From Candidatus Multivoradales bacterium (lineage in GTDB: Bacteria; Acidobacteriota; Thermoanaerobaculia; Multivoradales; JAHEKO01), in assembly GCA_965223855.1 (NCBI GenBank), contig CBDCXM010000009.1, positions 448,001 through 512,000 of the forward strand: a stretch of DNA of 64,000 bases. The letters are read 5' to 3'. Shown here piece by piece: positions 49,163-57,808 of the stretch (the first letter of the stretch is position 1; each line of letters begins with the position of its first letter). The notes beneath the pieces are model-generated. The model searched no databases. It had not been told where the DNA came from and saw only the letters and a program-made list of their open reading frames with translations. The position numbers and the translations under genes are program-made.

Positions 49163-49965
49163 CGTGCCGTCCGCGAGGCGCTCTCTCCGGTGTCGAAATC
49201 GAGCACCGGCAGCGGCTCGCCCGCGCCGTCGAGAATCCGGAACGGCGCCTCGAAGAGCTCGGCGAGGCGCTGGGAGGTCAGCACCTCCCGGGGCGTACCC
49301 TCGGCGACCACCTCGCCGTCGCGCAACGCGACGAGTCGTCGACACAGCCGCGCCGCGAAACCGAGATCGTGAGTCGCCACCAGCAGCGTTCGCGAGCCGC
49401 GCTGAGCCAGCGCCAGCAGCCGCTCGGCGACCCGTCGCTGGTTGCCGGCATCGAGGTGGGTCGTCGGCTCGTCGAGCAGCACGATCGGGCTCTCCTGGGC
49501 GAGAGCGGCGGCGAGGAAGGCGATCTGCCGCTCCCCGCCCGAGAGAGTCGAGAGCGGTCGCTCGAGCAGCGGCTCGATACCGACCTCGGCGGCGGCCCTG
49601 GCGACCGCCTCGAAGTCGCGCTGCGCGGGAGCGAGCTGAGTGCGCCCGAGGTAGGGATAGCGGGCCGAGAGCAGGAGCCGCCTCACCGTCAGCGGCACCT
49701 CCACCGGGCTGAGCTGCGGGACGTAGGCGATGCGCTTCGCCCTCTCCCTCGCCGGCCAGCCGGCGAGCGGTCTGCCGTCGAGATGCACCTCTCCCGCGTT
49801 CGGCGCCAGAAGCCCGCACAGCAGTCTCAACAGGGTGGTCTTGCCGGCGCCGTTGGGGCCGATCAGACCGACGCACTCTCCCCGGTCGAGCTCGAGATCG
49901 ACTCCGGCGAGAATCTCCCGCCCGCCGGCCGTCCATCGCAGCCGGCGCGCTTCGACGAGGCTCAT
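49159..49965 (-). CDS. btuD: Cobalamin/iron-chelate ABC ATPase
   Basis: GPNGAGKT, LSGGERQ, LLDEPT.HLD, THDL. Confidence 0.85.
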   Translation of the reverse strand: MSLVEARRLRWTAGGREILAGVDLELDRGECVGLIGPNGAGKTTLLRLLCGLLAPNAGEVHLDGRPLAGWPARERAKRIAYVPQLSPVEVPLTVRRLLLSARYPYLGRTQLAPAQRDFEAVARAAAEVGIEPLLERPLSTLSGGERQIAFLAAALAQESPIVLLDEPTTHLDAGNQRRVAERLLALAQRGSRTLLVATHDLGFAARLCRRLVALRDGEVVAEGTPREVLTSQRLAELFEAPFRILDGAGEPLPVLDFDTGESASRTAR

Positions 49966-50873
49966 ACCAGCGGTTCGACGCAACGCGCCAGCGCTTCGCG
50001 CAGCTCGAGCATCACTTCAGGCAGACGTGGGCCCGGCACCATCACCTTCTCGCCGTCGACGACCTGCACACAGCGCGGCTCGCGCCCCGCCAGTCGGTCG
50101 AACTCGGCCCAGTCCTGGCGCAGCGCCTCCTCACGGTGCTCGAGCACCTCGAGCGGCTGGATCTCGACGACGACGTCCGGGTCGCGCACCAGAATCTCCT
50201 CGACCCCGACCTGCGGGTACGGCGTGCCGGCGTCGTGGAAGACGTTGCGACCGCCGACCTTCGCCAACAGCTGGTGGTAGAAGGTGCCGGACCCGGCGAT
50301 CAGCAGGTCACCGAGCTTCTGAGGCTCGCGGCCGATGACGAGTGCCACGCTCAGTGACTCGTCGAGCACCTCCGGCGCAAGGTCCTGCCGCCACTGGCGA
50401 AGGAACGCCTCGCCCCGCTCAGAGACGCCTGCCGCTTCGGCGATCCTGCCGATCGCAATCTCGACGTCGCCGAGGGTGTCGCTCGGCACCATCAGCACCT
50501 CGACTCCGACCGCCTCGAGCCGCTCGGCCAGCGACGCCTCGCTTTCGAGCAGTACGGCGAGCTCGGGTTGGAGAGTGACGATGCGTTCGAAGTCGGGGTT
50601 GAAGAGACCACCGAGGCGCGGCTTCGCCGCCAGCGCCGGAGGCCAGTTGACGTAGTCGCCCACGCCGACGACCCGGTCGTCGAGATCGAGCACGTGCAGC
50701 ACCTCGGCGGCGCTGGGCGCCATCGCGAGGATTCGCTGTGGCGCCGAGGAGGCGTCAACGCTCTCGCCTCCGTCGCCTCCGTCTCCTCCGCCGCAGGCGG
50801 CGAAGAGGAGCGCGGTGCTCAGCAGAAGGATCGCTCGCAGCTTCGGCATTATCGACATGGAGACTCGGGTCAC
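49962..50873 (-). CDS. btuF: Cobalamin ABC substrate-binding lipoprotein
   Basis: Lipobox FAAC, PQRI...PS..E, P..E.I..L.P, YPQV..EEI...DPD, PGPR; start uncertain (50873/50858/50849). Confidence 0.82.
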   Translation of the reverse strand: MTRVSMSIMPKLRAILLLSTALLFAACGGGDGGDGGESVDASSAPQRILAMAPSAAEVLHVLDLDDRVVGVGDYVNWPPALAAKPRLGGLFNPDFERIVTLQPELAVLLESEASLAERLEAVGVEVLMVPSDTLGDVEIAIGRIAEAAGVSERGEAFLRQWRQDLAPEVLDESLSVALVIGREPQKLGDLLIAGSGTFYHQLLAKVGGRNVFHDAGTPYPQVGVEEILVRDPDVVVEIQPLEVLEHREEALRQDWAEFDRLAGREPRCVQVVDGEKVMVPGPRLPEVMLELREALARCVEPLV

Positions 50874-52735
50874 CCGGGGTTCTTCAGCCGCTGGAAATCG
50901 AGGCGGACGCCGGCCACCATCGTCCTCCCCGGGGCCGGGAAGCCTAGCGCCTCGGAGTAGGTCTCCTCCGTCAGATTCTCCACTCTCGCATACGGCGACC
51001 AGCGCGACCAGCCGCGGTAGGCGACGGCGACGTCGAGCCGCTCGTAGCCGGGGTTGGTTGCCCGTTCGAAGGTCGCCGGGTCGACATCGGGCCGCGAGCC
51101 CGTGTGGAACGCCGTTGCCGTGACCGCCCAGTCCTCCGGGCGCCAGGTGACGACCAGCGAGCCGCGCCACTCGGGGCGCCGCAACAGATCCAGGCGGTCC
51201 TCGAGATTCTCGGTATCGAGCCGGGTAGCGGTCAACCGCCCTTCGACCGTGCGGCGGCGGAATCCGGCCGTCGTCTCCACCCCGCGGGTCCGTGCACGGC
51301 CGACGTTGATGTTGGTGAAGGTCGCGAAGTCGAAATCGATCAGCTCTTCGAGCTCGTTCTCGAACGCCGTTACCGCCACGTCGACCCTCGAACCGCGATA
51401 GCTCCAGCCGAGCTCCACGCTTTCTGTCCGTTCGGGCTCGAGGGCGGGGTTGCCGCTGAAGGGGAAGTAGAGCTCGCCGAGGGACGGAGCACGGAACCCT
51501 TCGGCAGCGGCGAGATGGAAGCGGTGGCGCGCGGTGGCGGCGAACGCCACTCCCAGCCGCGGGGTCGTCGCCGAGCCGAAGGCGTCGTGATCGTCGGCCC
51601 GCACGCCGAGATCGATGCGCCAGCGCCCGGCGGAATGGAAGAGCTGGCCGAACCAGGCGTCGGTGCGCTGGCGCTCGCCTTCGAGATCGGGGCCGAAGAC
51701 GGAGCCACTGTCGACCTCCTGCCGCTCGACCTCCGAACCGAAGGCGATCCAGGTGTCGTCGCCGGCGTGTCGGGTGACGACGACGCGGGCCCGCTCGGAG
51801 GTGGAACGGTTGTCGGCGAAGGTGAAGCCGAACGGGTCGTCGGGGGCGAAAAAGGCGCTGTCCTGCTCGACTCGCGAGAGGCGGCCAGCGACTCTCCAGC
51901 GGCTCGAGGAGTACTCGATGGGGACCGAAATCTCGTGCTCGTCCCAGGCGCTGCGCCGGCGCGGAGTCGGCAGCCCTCCGGAGAACGGGATGCCGACCTC
52001 CGATTCGTTGTAGCGGCCGACGAGGCCGACCTCGAGCGCTTCGGTCGGCTCCCAGCGCAGCCTCACCGAAGCGTCGTCGCTGTCGTAGAAGTCGTTCGTC
52101 GCCTCACCGTCGCCGCGTCGCCGGTGGGCGGCGACGTCGATCGCCAGCCGCTCTCCCTCGACCCCGGCGGTCAGCATCATCCGCGAATGGCCGTTCTCTC
52201 CCGCCTCGACAGTCAGCCGTTCGCGGCTCGGCCCACTGAGCACCTGGACGACACCCCCGACCGCGTCGCTGCCGTAGAGGGCGCTATAGGGACCGCGAAC
52301 GACCTCGACACGCTCGACGCCGTCGGTCGGCAGCAGCCCCCAGTCGAAACCGCCGAAGTAGGGGCTGTTGAGCTCGATGCCGTTCCACAGCACCAGGGTG
52401 TGGTCCGACTCGGTGCCGCGGGTGAAAAGGGAGGTGACCTTGCCCGTCGTCCCCGAGCGCACCACGTCGAGGCCGGCGACCGAGCGCAGCAGGTCGGCGA
52501 CGTGGTGGGCCTGCCGGTCCTCGATCTCCCGTCGCCCGATCACCGAGGCGGCGACCGGCAGCAGGTCGGCCGACTCCGGCTCGAGCGAGGCGGTCACGAG
52601 GAGCGACTCCTCGATCCTGGTGCCGGCGCTCCCGGCGCCGGGTGCGTCGTCGTTCTCTTCGGCGCCGATCGGCGGCGCCAGGGTGGCGACCATCACTCCC
52701 CCGAGGAGGGTTCGCCGCAGGATGCGTTTCGTCAT
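50870..52735 (-). CDS. btuB: TonB-dependent receptor, cobalamin-type
   Basis: Plug motifs RGTESDHTLVL.NG and VERVEVVRGP.SALYGSDAVGGV, FRAPS..ELY, GNP.L.PE; directly under the riboswitch. Confidence 0.88.
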   Translation of the reverse strand: MTKRILRRTLLGGVMVATLAPPIGAEENDDAPGAGSAGTRIEESLLVTASLEPESADLLPVAASVIGRREIEDRQAHHVADLLRSVAGLDVVRSGTTGKVTSLFTRGTESDHTLVLWNGIELNSPYFGGFDWGLLPTDGVERVEVVRGPYSALYGSDAVGGVVQVLSGPSRERLTVEAGENGHSRMMLTAGVEGERLAIDVAAHRRRGDGEATNDFYDSDDASVRLRWEPTEALEVGLVGRYNESEVGIPFSGGLPTPRRRSAWDEHEISVPIEYSSSRWRVAGRLSRVEQDSAFFAPDDPFGFTFADNRSTSERARVVVTRHAGDDTWIAFGSEVERQEVDSGSVFGPDLEGERQRTDAWFGQLFHSAGRWRIDLGVRADDHDAFGSATTPRLGVAFAATARHRFHLAAAEGFRAPSLGELYFPFSGNPALEPERTESVELGWSYRGSRVDVAVTAFENELEELIDFDFATFTNINVGRARTRGVETTAGFRRRTVEGRLTATRLDTENLEDRLDLLRRPEWRGSLVVTWRPEDWAVTATAFHTGSRPDVDPATFERATNPGYERLDVAVAYRGWSRWSPYARVENLTEETYSEALGFPAPGRTMVAGVRLDFQRLKNPG

Positions 52736-52870
52736 CTCGTCTCCGTTCCCGGATCGACGCCCCTCCCTTCAGGGGCGGATCACGAACGGCACGAGCCGAC
52801 TCGAGCCCCGCACCCCGCGGGAAGTCCCGACGCGGTCACGCCGTACAGACGAGTCCGGATCGGGGCGTCG

Positions 52871-53058
52871 GACGTCGGGGTCGGTCTCCTGGCTCCCGGG
52901 TCGTCCTACCTCCGGGCCTTCCCACGCGGTCGATGGACGCCCATCGCGCCGCGCAGTGGTGATCCCGGTTTCGTCACCGGTAACAGTGGCGGGGGCCGCG
53001 CCGGATTCTCACCGGCTTCCCAGGCAGCTCGGGCTAGCGAGCTGCGCACCCCGACGTC
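52871..53058 (-). promoter_or_regulatory. Cobalamin (B12) riboswitch
   Basis: Minus strand has GGGAAGCCGGTGAGAATCCGGCGCGGCCCCCGCCACTGT, CACTG..GGGAAGG and B12 box GAGCCAGGAGACC, closed by GACGTCGGGGT/ACCCCGACGTC stem. Confidence 0.95.
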
Positions 53059-53177
53059 AGGTTGTCAAAGAATCGGAACCCGACGCTCGGCCGGGCCTCG
53101 TTCGTCTGAACCTGATTGTACCCGCTCGCGCCGTCCGCGTCGGTCGGTGGCACCACGAGCCGGACAGCGGCGAAGAA

Positions 53178-53723
53178 CTACTGCTCGGCGCCGCCGCCGT
53201 CGCCGGGATCCGCTCCGGACGACAGGACCGCGGTCCCGAGAGCGAAACCGCCCGGGACGGTGTTCGTCGACGAGGAGCCGCCCGTCGAGAACGTCGAGGG
53301 GAAGCCGGCGCTGCCGGCGGAGTCGGTGTTGACGAACTGCTCCACCGACTGGTTCTGCTGCCCGGCGTCGCGCTGCTCGAGATAGCGCAGCAGACGGCTC
53401 GCCGGATCGGCGGGCGTCTCTTCCTCGCTGGAGGTCTCGTTGGGAGCGAATCCGAGGCTGATCGTGGTGTTGTCGATGACGAGGCCGTAACCCTTGCTCT
53501 CGAAGTCGACCTCGACCGCCGCGACCCGCTCGCGGGGGAAGGCGATCCAGTTGCCGTTCGAGGTCAGGAGCATCACCTTGTCCTCGTCCGGGTACGAGAG
53601 CTTCGGCCGGTAGCGGGTCTCGAAGGTCGCGCCGTTCTCGAGCGTCAGCGTGAACACTTCCGCCACCGCCATGGCGGGCAGCAGCAGGGCGAGCAGGGCG
53701 AGGACGAACGATTTGCGGGTCAT
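53178..53723 (-). CDS. Secreted hypothetical protein
   Basis: AAGGAG RBS, signal peptide ending AVA, low-complexity C-terminus. Confidence 0.75.
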   Translation of the reverse strand: MTRKSFVLALLALLLPAMAVAEVFTLTLENGATFETRYRPKLSYPDEDKVMLLTSNGNWIAFPRERVAAVEVDFESKGYGLVIDNTTISLGFAPNETSSEEETPADPASRLLRYLEQRDAGQQNQSVEQFVNTDSAGSAGFPSTFSTGGSSSTNTVPGGFALGTAVLSSGADPGDGGGAEQ

Positions 53724-53818
53724 CGACGACTCCTTCTGTGAACCGGCTCGGTACGTCTCCCGGACCGGCCTTTTCCACGTAACTGTGCACTATAGCACCG
53801 CTTTTTCGGTCCACGGGT

Positions 53819-54622
53819 GTGACGCAGACCGCAAGCAGCCGCTTTCACCGACGCTCCGGCAGACGTAAACTGCAGCTCGATCCGCGCCGCTCTCCATTCA
53901 CCTGGCACCTCGTCGCAGAACCCGTCACAGCGCGCACCGTGAGCCGGCCCGTCAACAGCTATTTCGACCACGATCTCGTCGCTCGCGAGTCCGAGCTCGG
54001 CCATCACCGCGAGGTGATCGGCGGGATGTGGGAGGAACTGGGGAGGCTTCAGCGCGACTGGCTGGTGGCGCAGGGCCTCGAGCCCGGGATGCGTCTCGTC
54101 GACATCGGCTGCGGTTGTCTGCGGGCCGGTGTGTGGCTCGTCGACGAGCTCGAGCCGGGGCACTACTACGGCCTCGACGTCAGCCAGGCGCTGCTCGACG
54201 CCGGGTGGGAGCGCGAGCTCGACGACCATCAGCGGGCGCGGTTGCCGCGCGAGAACCTCGTCTGCTCCGACGATTTCGATCTCGGCGCCCTCGAGGTGCG
54301 CTTCGACGCCGGCATCGCGCAGTCGGTCTTCACCCACCTGCCGGTGAGCTACCTGCGGCGCTGTCTCGAGCAGCTCGTCCCGCGCTTCGTGTCGGGGGGG
54401 CGGTTCTTCGTCACTTTCTTCGAGTGCCCCGAGGGGCATCCCCGCGAGGCGCCGCTGACGCACGAACCGGGCGGCATCGTCACCCGACCGGACGCCGACC
54501 CGTTCCATCACCGCTTCTCAGACCTCGAGCAGGCCGCCGAAGGGCTGCCGTGGAGGGCCGAGCACCACGGCGACTGGCGCCATCCGCGTGCGCAGCGGAT
54601 GGCGATCTTCCACCGCCTCTAG
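53819..54622 (+). CDS. Class I SAM-dependent methyltransferase
   Basis: LVDIGCG.LR.G, YYGLD, FD..IAQSVFTHL, GG.F; true start may be GTG 53939. Confidence 0.88.
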   Translation: MTQTASSRFHRRSGRRKLQLDPRRSPFTWHLVAEPVTARTVSRPVNSYFDHDLVARESELGHHREVIGGMWEELGRLQRDWLVAQGLEPGMRLVDIGCGCLRAGVWLVDELEPGHYYGLDVSQALLDAGWERELDDHQRARLPRENLVCSDDFDLGALEVRFDAGIAQSVFTHLPVSYLRRCLEQLVPRFVSGGRFFVTFFECPEGHPREAPLTHEPGGIVTRPDADPFHHRFSDLEQAAEGLPWRAEHHGDWRHPRAQRMAIFHRL

Positions 54623-54645
54623 CCTGCTCTGCCCGGACGGCCTGC

Positions 54646-56004
54646 TTATCCGGACGGCGCCGCCGCCGTCTCGATCTCGAGCACCGGCTTGGCGGCGCCA
54701 CGGTCGTCGCGGTAGACCCGGCCGCGCTTCATCACGAACTCGACGCTCATCAGCTCGTCGATGTCGTCGAGCGGCGAAGCGGCGGTCGCGACGAGGTCGG
54801 CGCGCATCCCGGGAGCGAGCGTCCCGGTATCGGGCGCCTCGAGCACCTCGGCGGCGACCACCGTCGCCGTCCGGATCGCCTCCATCGGCGTCAGGCCCGC
54901 CTCGACCAGCAGCGCGAACTCCCGGGCGTTGTCGCCGTGGCGGCTCACCCCCGAATCGGTGCCGAAGGCGATCGGCACGCCGGCGGCGTGCGCCGCGCGC
55001 ACCATCTCGATCATCTGCGGGCCGACCGAGAGCGCCTTCTCGCGAATCGGGGGCGGCATGAACTCGGCGTTCTTCGCCATGTCGACCACCGTGACTCCGG
55101 CGAGGATCGTCGGCACGAGATAGGCCCCCTTCTCCTTGTAGAGCGCGAACGACGTCTCGTCGCCGTAGGTGCCGTGCTCGATCGTCCTGACGCCCGCCTC
55201 GAGAGCGGCGTTGATGCCGTCGGTACCGTGCGCGTGAGCGGCGACATGGCGACCCATCATCGCCGCCGTCCGGACGATCGCCTCCATCTCGTCGGCGAAG
55301 AGTTGCTGGTTGACCCCGGCCGCGGTCTCGCTCAGCACTCCGCCCGTGGCGGTGATCTTGATCCAGTCGGACCCGCGCTTGATCTGCGTGCGCACCGCCC
55401 GGCGGCAGTCTTCGACGCCATTACAGATGGAGCTCGAGGCTCGAGCTTCGAGGACCTCCTCGACATAGCCATGGTTGTCGGCATGCCCGCCGGTGCCGGA
55501 GACCCCGGCACCGGCGGCGTAGATTCGCGGACCCGGCAAGCGCTCGGCGGCGATCGCCCGCCGCAGACCGAACATCACTTCCGGGTTGCCGCCGACATTG
55601 CGGATCGTCGTGAAGCCGGCGCGCAGCGTCGTCTCCAGGAACTCGATCGTGTCCACCGCGACGTCGACGTCGGTCTTGGTCACCGCATCGAGCTTGCGCG
55701 TCGGGCCGAGCTCGCCGTTGACGTGGGTGTGGAGATCGATCAGGCCCGGCAGCACGAACGCCCCGGAGAGATCGACCACCTCGACCGTCGTCCCATCGCC
55801 GGCGAACTCGCGCGGATCGGCGAAGCCGTCCCGCACTTCGGCGACGACGCCTCCGCGCACGACGACGGTCTGCTCGCTGCGCGGCGCCTCGCCGGGCACG
55901 GCGAGGAGGGTGCCGGCGTGAATCACCGTCACCGTCTCGGCGACGGCCGAGAGGGGGTACAGGGCACAGACAAGAGCGAGGACGGGCAGCAGATGGCGTC
56001 GCAT
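54646..56004 (-). CDS. Secreted metal-dependent amidohydrolase (Xaa-Pro dipeptidase-like)
   Basis: ATG 56004 with AGGAGG; LPGLIDLHTH, GFTTIR, IKITATGGV, AAHAHG, IEHG, FGTDSG. Confidence 0.92.
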   Translation of the reverse strand: MRRHLLPVLALVCALYPLSAVAETVTVIHAGTLLAVPGEAPRSEQTVVVRGGVVAEVRDGFADPREFAGDGTTVEVVDLSGAFVLPGLIDLHTHVNGELGPTRKLDAVTKTDVDVAVDTIEFLETTLRAGFTTIRNVGGNPEVMFGLRRAIAAERLPGPRIYAAGAGVSGTGGHADNHGYVEEVLEARASSSICNGVEDCRRAVRTQIKRGSDWIKITATGGVLSETAAGVNQQLFADEMEAIVRTAAMMGRHVAAHAHGTDGINAALEAGVRTIEHGTYGDETSFALYKEKGAYLVPTILAGVTVVDMAKNAEFMPPPIREKALSVGPQMIEMVRAAHAAGVPIAFGTDSGVSRHGDNAREFALLVEAGLTPMEAIRTATVVAAEVLEAPDTGTLAPGMRADLVATAASPLDDIDELMSVEFVMKRGRVYRDDRGAAKPVLEIETAAAPSG

Positions 56005-56036
56005 GGGTCTCCTCCTGGTTCTTCCGAGCGAACGTT

Positions 56037-56810
56037 TCAGGCGGCTTCGCGGGTGAACACCAGCCGGTCGGGCTCGGAGAGGTCCTCCCGGTAGCCGTAC
56101 CCCTCGACGTCGAACGCCTTCAGGTCCTCGGGGTCTTCGATCCGGTTCTCGATCTGGAAGCGGGCCATCAGGCCACGCGCCCGCTTCGCCTTGAAGCTGA
56201 TCGTCTTCGGCCGGCCGTCGCGGATCTCCTGGAAGACCGCCGTCACCAACCGCGGCACGAGCCGCTTCTTCGGCACCGCGCGGAAGTACTCGTTCGAGGC
56301 GAGGTTGAGCACCGCCTGGACCGGCCGCGCCTCGTGCTCGGCATTGAGGCTGTCGACCAGCCGGTTCTTCCAGAACTCGTAGAGGTTGCTGCCTCGCGTG
56401 TTGGCGAGGCGCGTCCCCATCTCGAGCCGGTAGGGCTGGATGAGGTCGAGCGGCCGGAGCACTCCGTAGAGCCCGGAGAGGATGCGCAGATGATCCTGCG
56501 CGTAGCGCAGTTGCGGCTTCGTCAGCTCCGCCGCCGCGAGCCCTTTGTAGACGTCGCCCTGGAAGGCGAGCACGCACGCCTTGGCGTTGTCTTCGGTGAA
56601 CGGCCAGCGCATCTCCTGGAAGCGCTCGCGGTTGAGCTCGGCGAGCGGTTCGCTCAGATCCATCAGCTCGCGCAGCTTCTTCACACTGAGCTTCCTGCAG
56701 CGCTTCATCAGCATCTCGATGTCGTGGCCGAACCGCGGTTCGGTGGTCGGAATCCCCTTGCGGGGCGGCTCGAAATCGAGCGACTTGGCGGGCGAAAGCA
56801 ACGTCAGCAC
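56037..56810 (-). CDS. yaaA: Peroxide stress protein YaaA (DUF328)
   Basis: LSPAKSLD, F.GDVY.GL, LRILSGLYGVLRPLD.IQPYRLEMG, NLASNEY, AKRARG.M. Confidence 0.95.
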   Translation of the reverse strand: MLTLLSPAKSLDFEPPRKGIPTTEPRFGHDIEMLMKRCRKLSVKKLRELMDLSEPLAELNRERFQEMRWPFTEDNAKACVLAFQGDVYKGLAAAELTKPQLRYAQDHLRILSGLYGVLRPLDLIQPYRLEMGTRLANTRGSNLYEFWKNRLVDSLNAEHEARPVQAVLNLASNEYFRAVPKKRLVPRLVTAVFQEIRDGRPKTISFKAKRARGLMARFQIENRIEDPEDLKAFDVEGYGYREDLSEPDRLVFTREAA

Positions 56811-56894
56811 GGTGGTCCTCCCGGGTGTTGGTACCGGCGGAGGCGGCAGGCTACCAGAGGGCTACGGCGGTCGAGGTGGCGATAGAATCGCACC

Positions 56895-57740
56895 ATGAAA
56901 CTCTCCGCGCGCTCCTGTGTTCTCGTCGTCCTGTGCTGCTGTCTGATCCCTCTGGTGAGCGCCGCGACCGCGGTCGCCAACCCGTGCGCCGGCTCGGGCG
57001 ACCGCGCCGCGGTCTGCACCGTCAACGTCTTCGGCGGCATCGACGGCGCGCGGCTCGAACCGATCGACATCGACCGCCCGATCACCCTCGGTATCGGCGA
57101 GACGCTGGAGCTCGAGTTCGAGGCCTACGACCAGTTCCGCCGCCGTTTCCCCGACGACCGTCTCGCGTGGGGCTACGACGCCGACGATTGCGACGACGCG
57201 GTGAAGGTCGACCAGGAGGACGTCGGCCGCTTCGAGATGAGGGCCGCCGCCCGGCGCGGCGACTGCCGGGTGGTGGTGTGGATTCCGGGAGACCTCAACT
57301 TCGAGTTCCCGCTCGTGCTGCGCGTCGAGGGGCGCGATGCGAGCGGCTACGGCGCGAGTGACGCCGAGTACGTGGCGACCCGCCTCTATCGCGGGCTGCT
57401 CGGCCGCGAGCCGGACCGCACCGGGCTCCTCGCCACCGCCGCCGAGATCACCAAGGGCAACCTCGAGTCGCAGATCCTGGCAATCATCCAGAGTCCCGAG
57501 TTCGGCAGCAAGACCGATCGTGGCGACGCGATCGCGATTCTGGAGCGTCTCTACCAGGGGTTCTTCGGCCGTGCGGTCGATGCCGCCGGAGTGGCGGCCT
57601 TCCAGACTCGGATTCAGGCCGGCAGGCTGCCCGACGTGGTGATGGAGTTGCTCAACTCCGAGGAGTTCGAAAGTGGGCTGGTCCGGCAGGGTGAGACCCC
57701 TCGCAGCGGCCGCGGGCGGCGCAATCGCGGCGATCGCTGA
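56895..57740 (+). CDS. Secreted protein with Ig-like N-terminus and two DUF4214-like helical repeats
   Basis: Signal peptide; LY..LLGR.PD..G....S.EF unit occurs twice. Confidence 0.75.
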   Translation: MKLSARSCVLVVLCCCLIPLVSAATAVANPCAGSGDRAAVCTVNVFGGIDGARLEPIDIDRPITLGIGETLELEFEAYDQFRRRFPDDRLAWGYDADDCDDAVKVDQEDVGRFEMRAAARRGDCRVVVWIPGDLNFEFPLVLRVEGRDASGYGASDAEYVATRLYRGLLGREPDRTGLLATAAEITKGNLESQILAIIQSPEFGSKTDRGDAIAILERLYQGFFGRAVDAAGVAAFQTRIQAGRLPDVVMELLNSEEFESGLVRQGETPRSGRGRRNRGDR

Positions 57741-57748
57741 TCGGTCGG

Positions 57749-57796
57749 GAGGCCCGGATGTCGAGAGGCCCGGGTGTCCAGAGGCCCCAGGGTGAC
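57749..57796. repeat. 16-bp tandem repeat x3
   Basis: gaggcccggatgtcga gaggcccgggtgtcca gaggccccagggtgac. Confidence 0.7.
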
Positions 57797-57808
57797 GGCA
57801 GCCGGACG

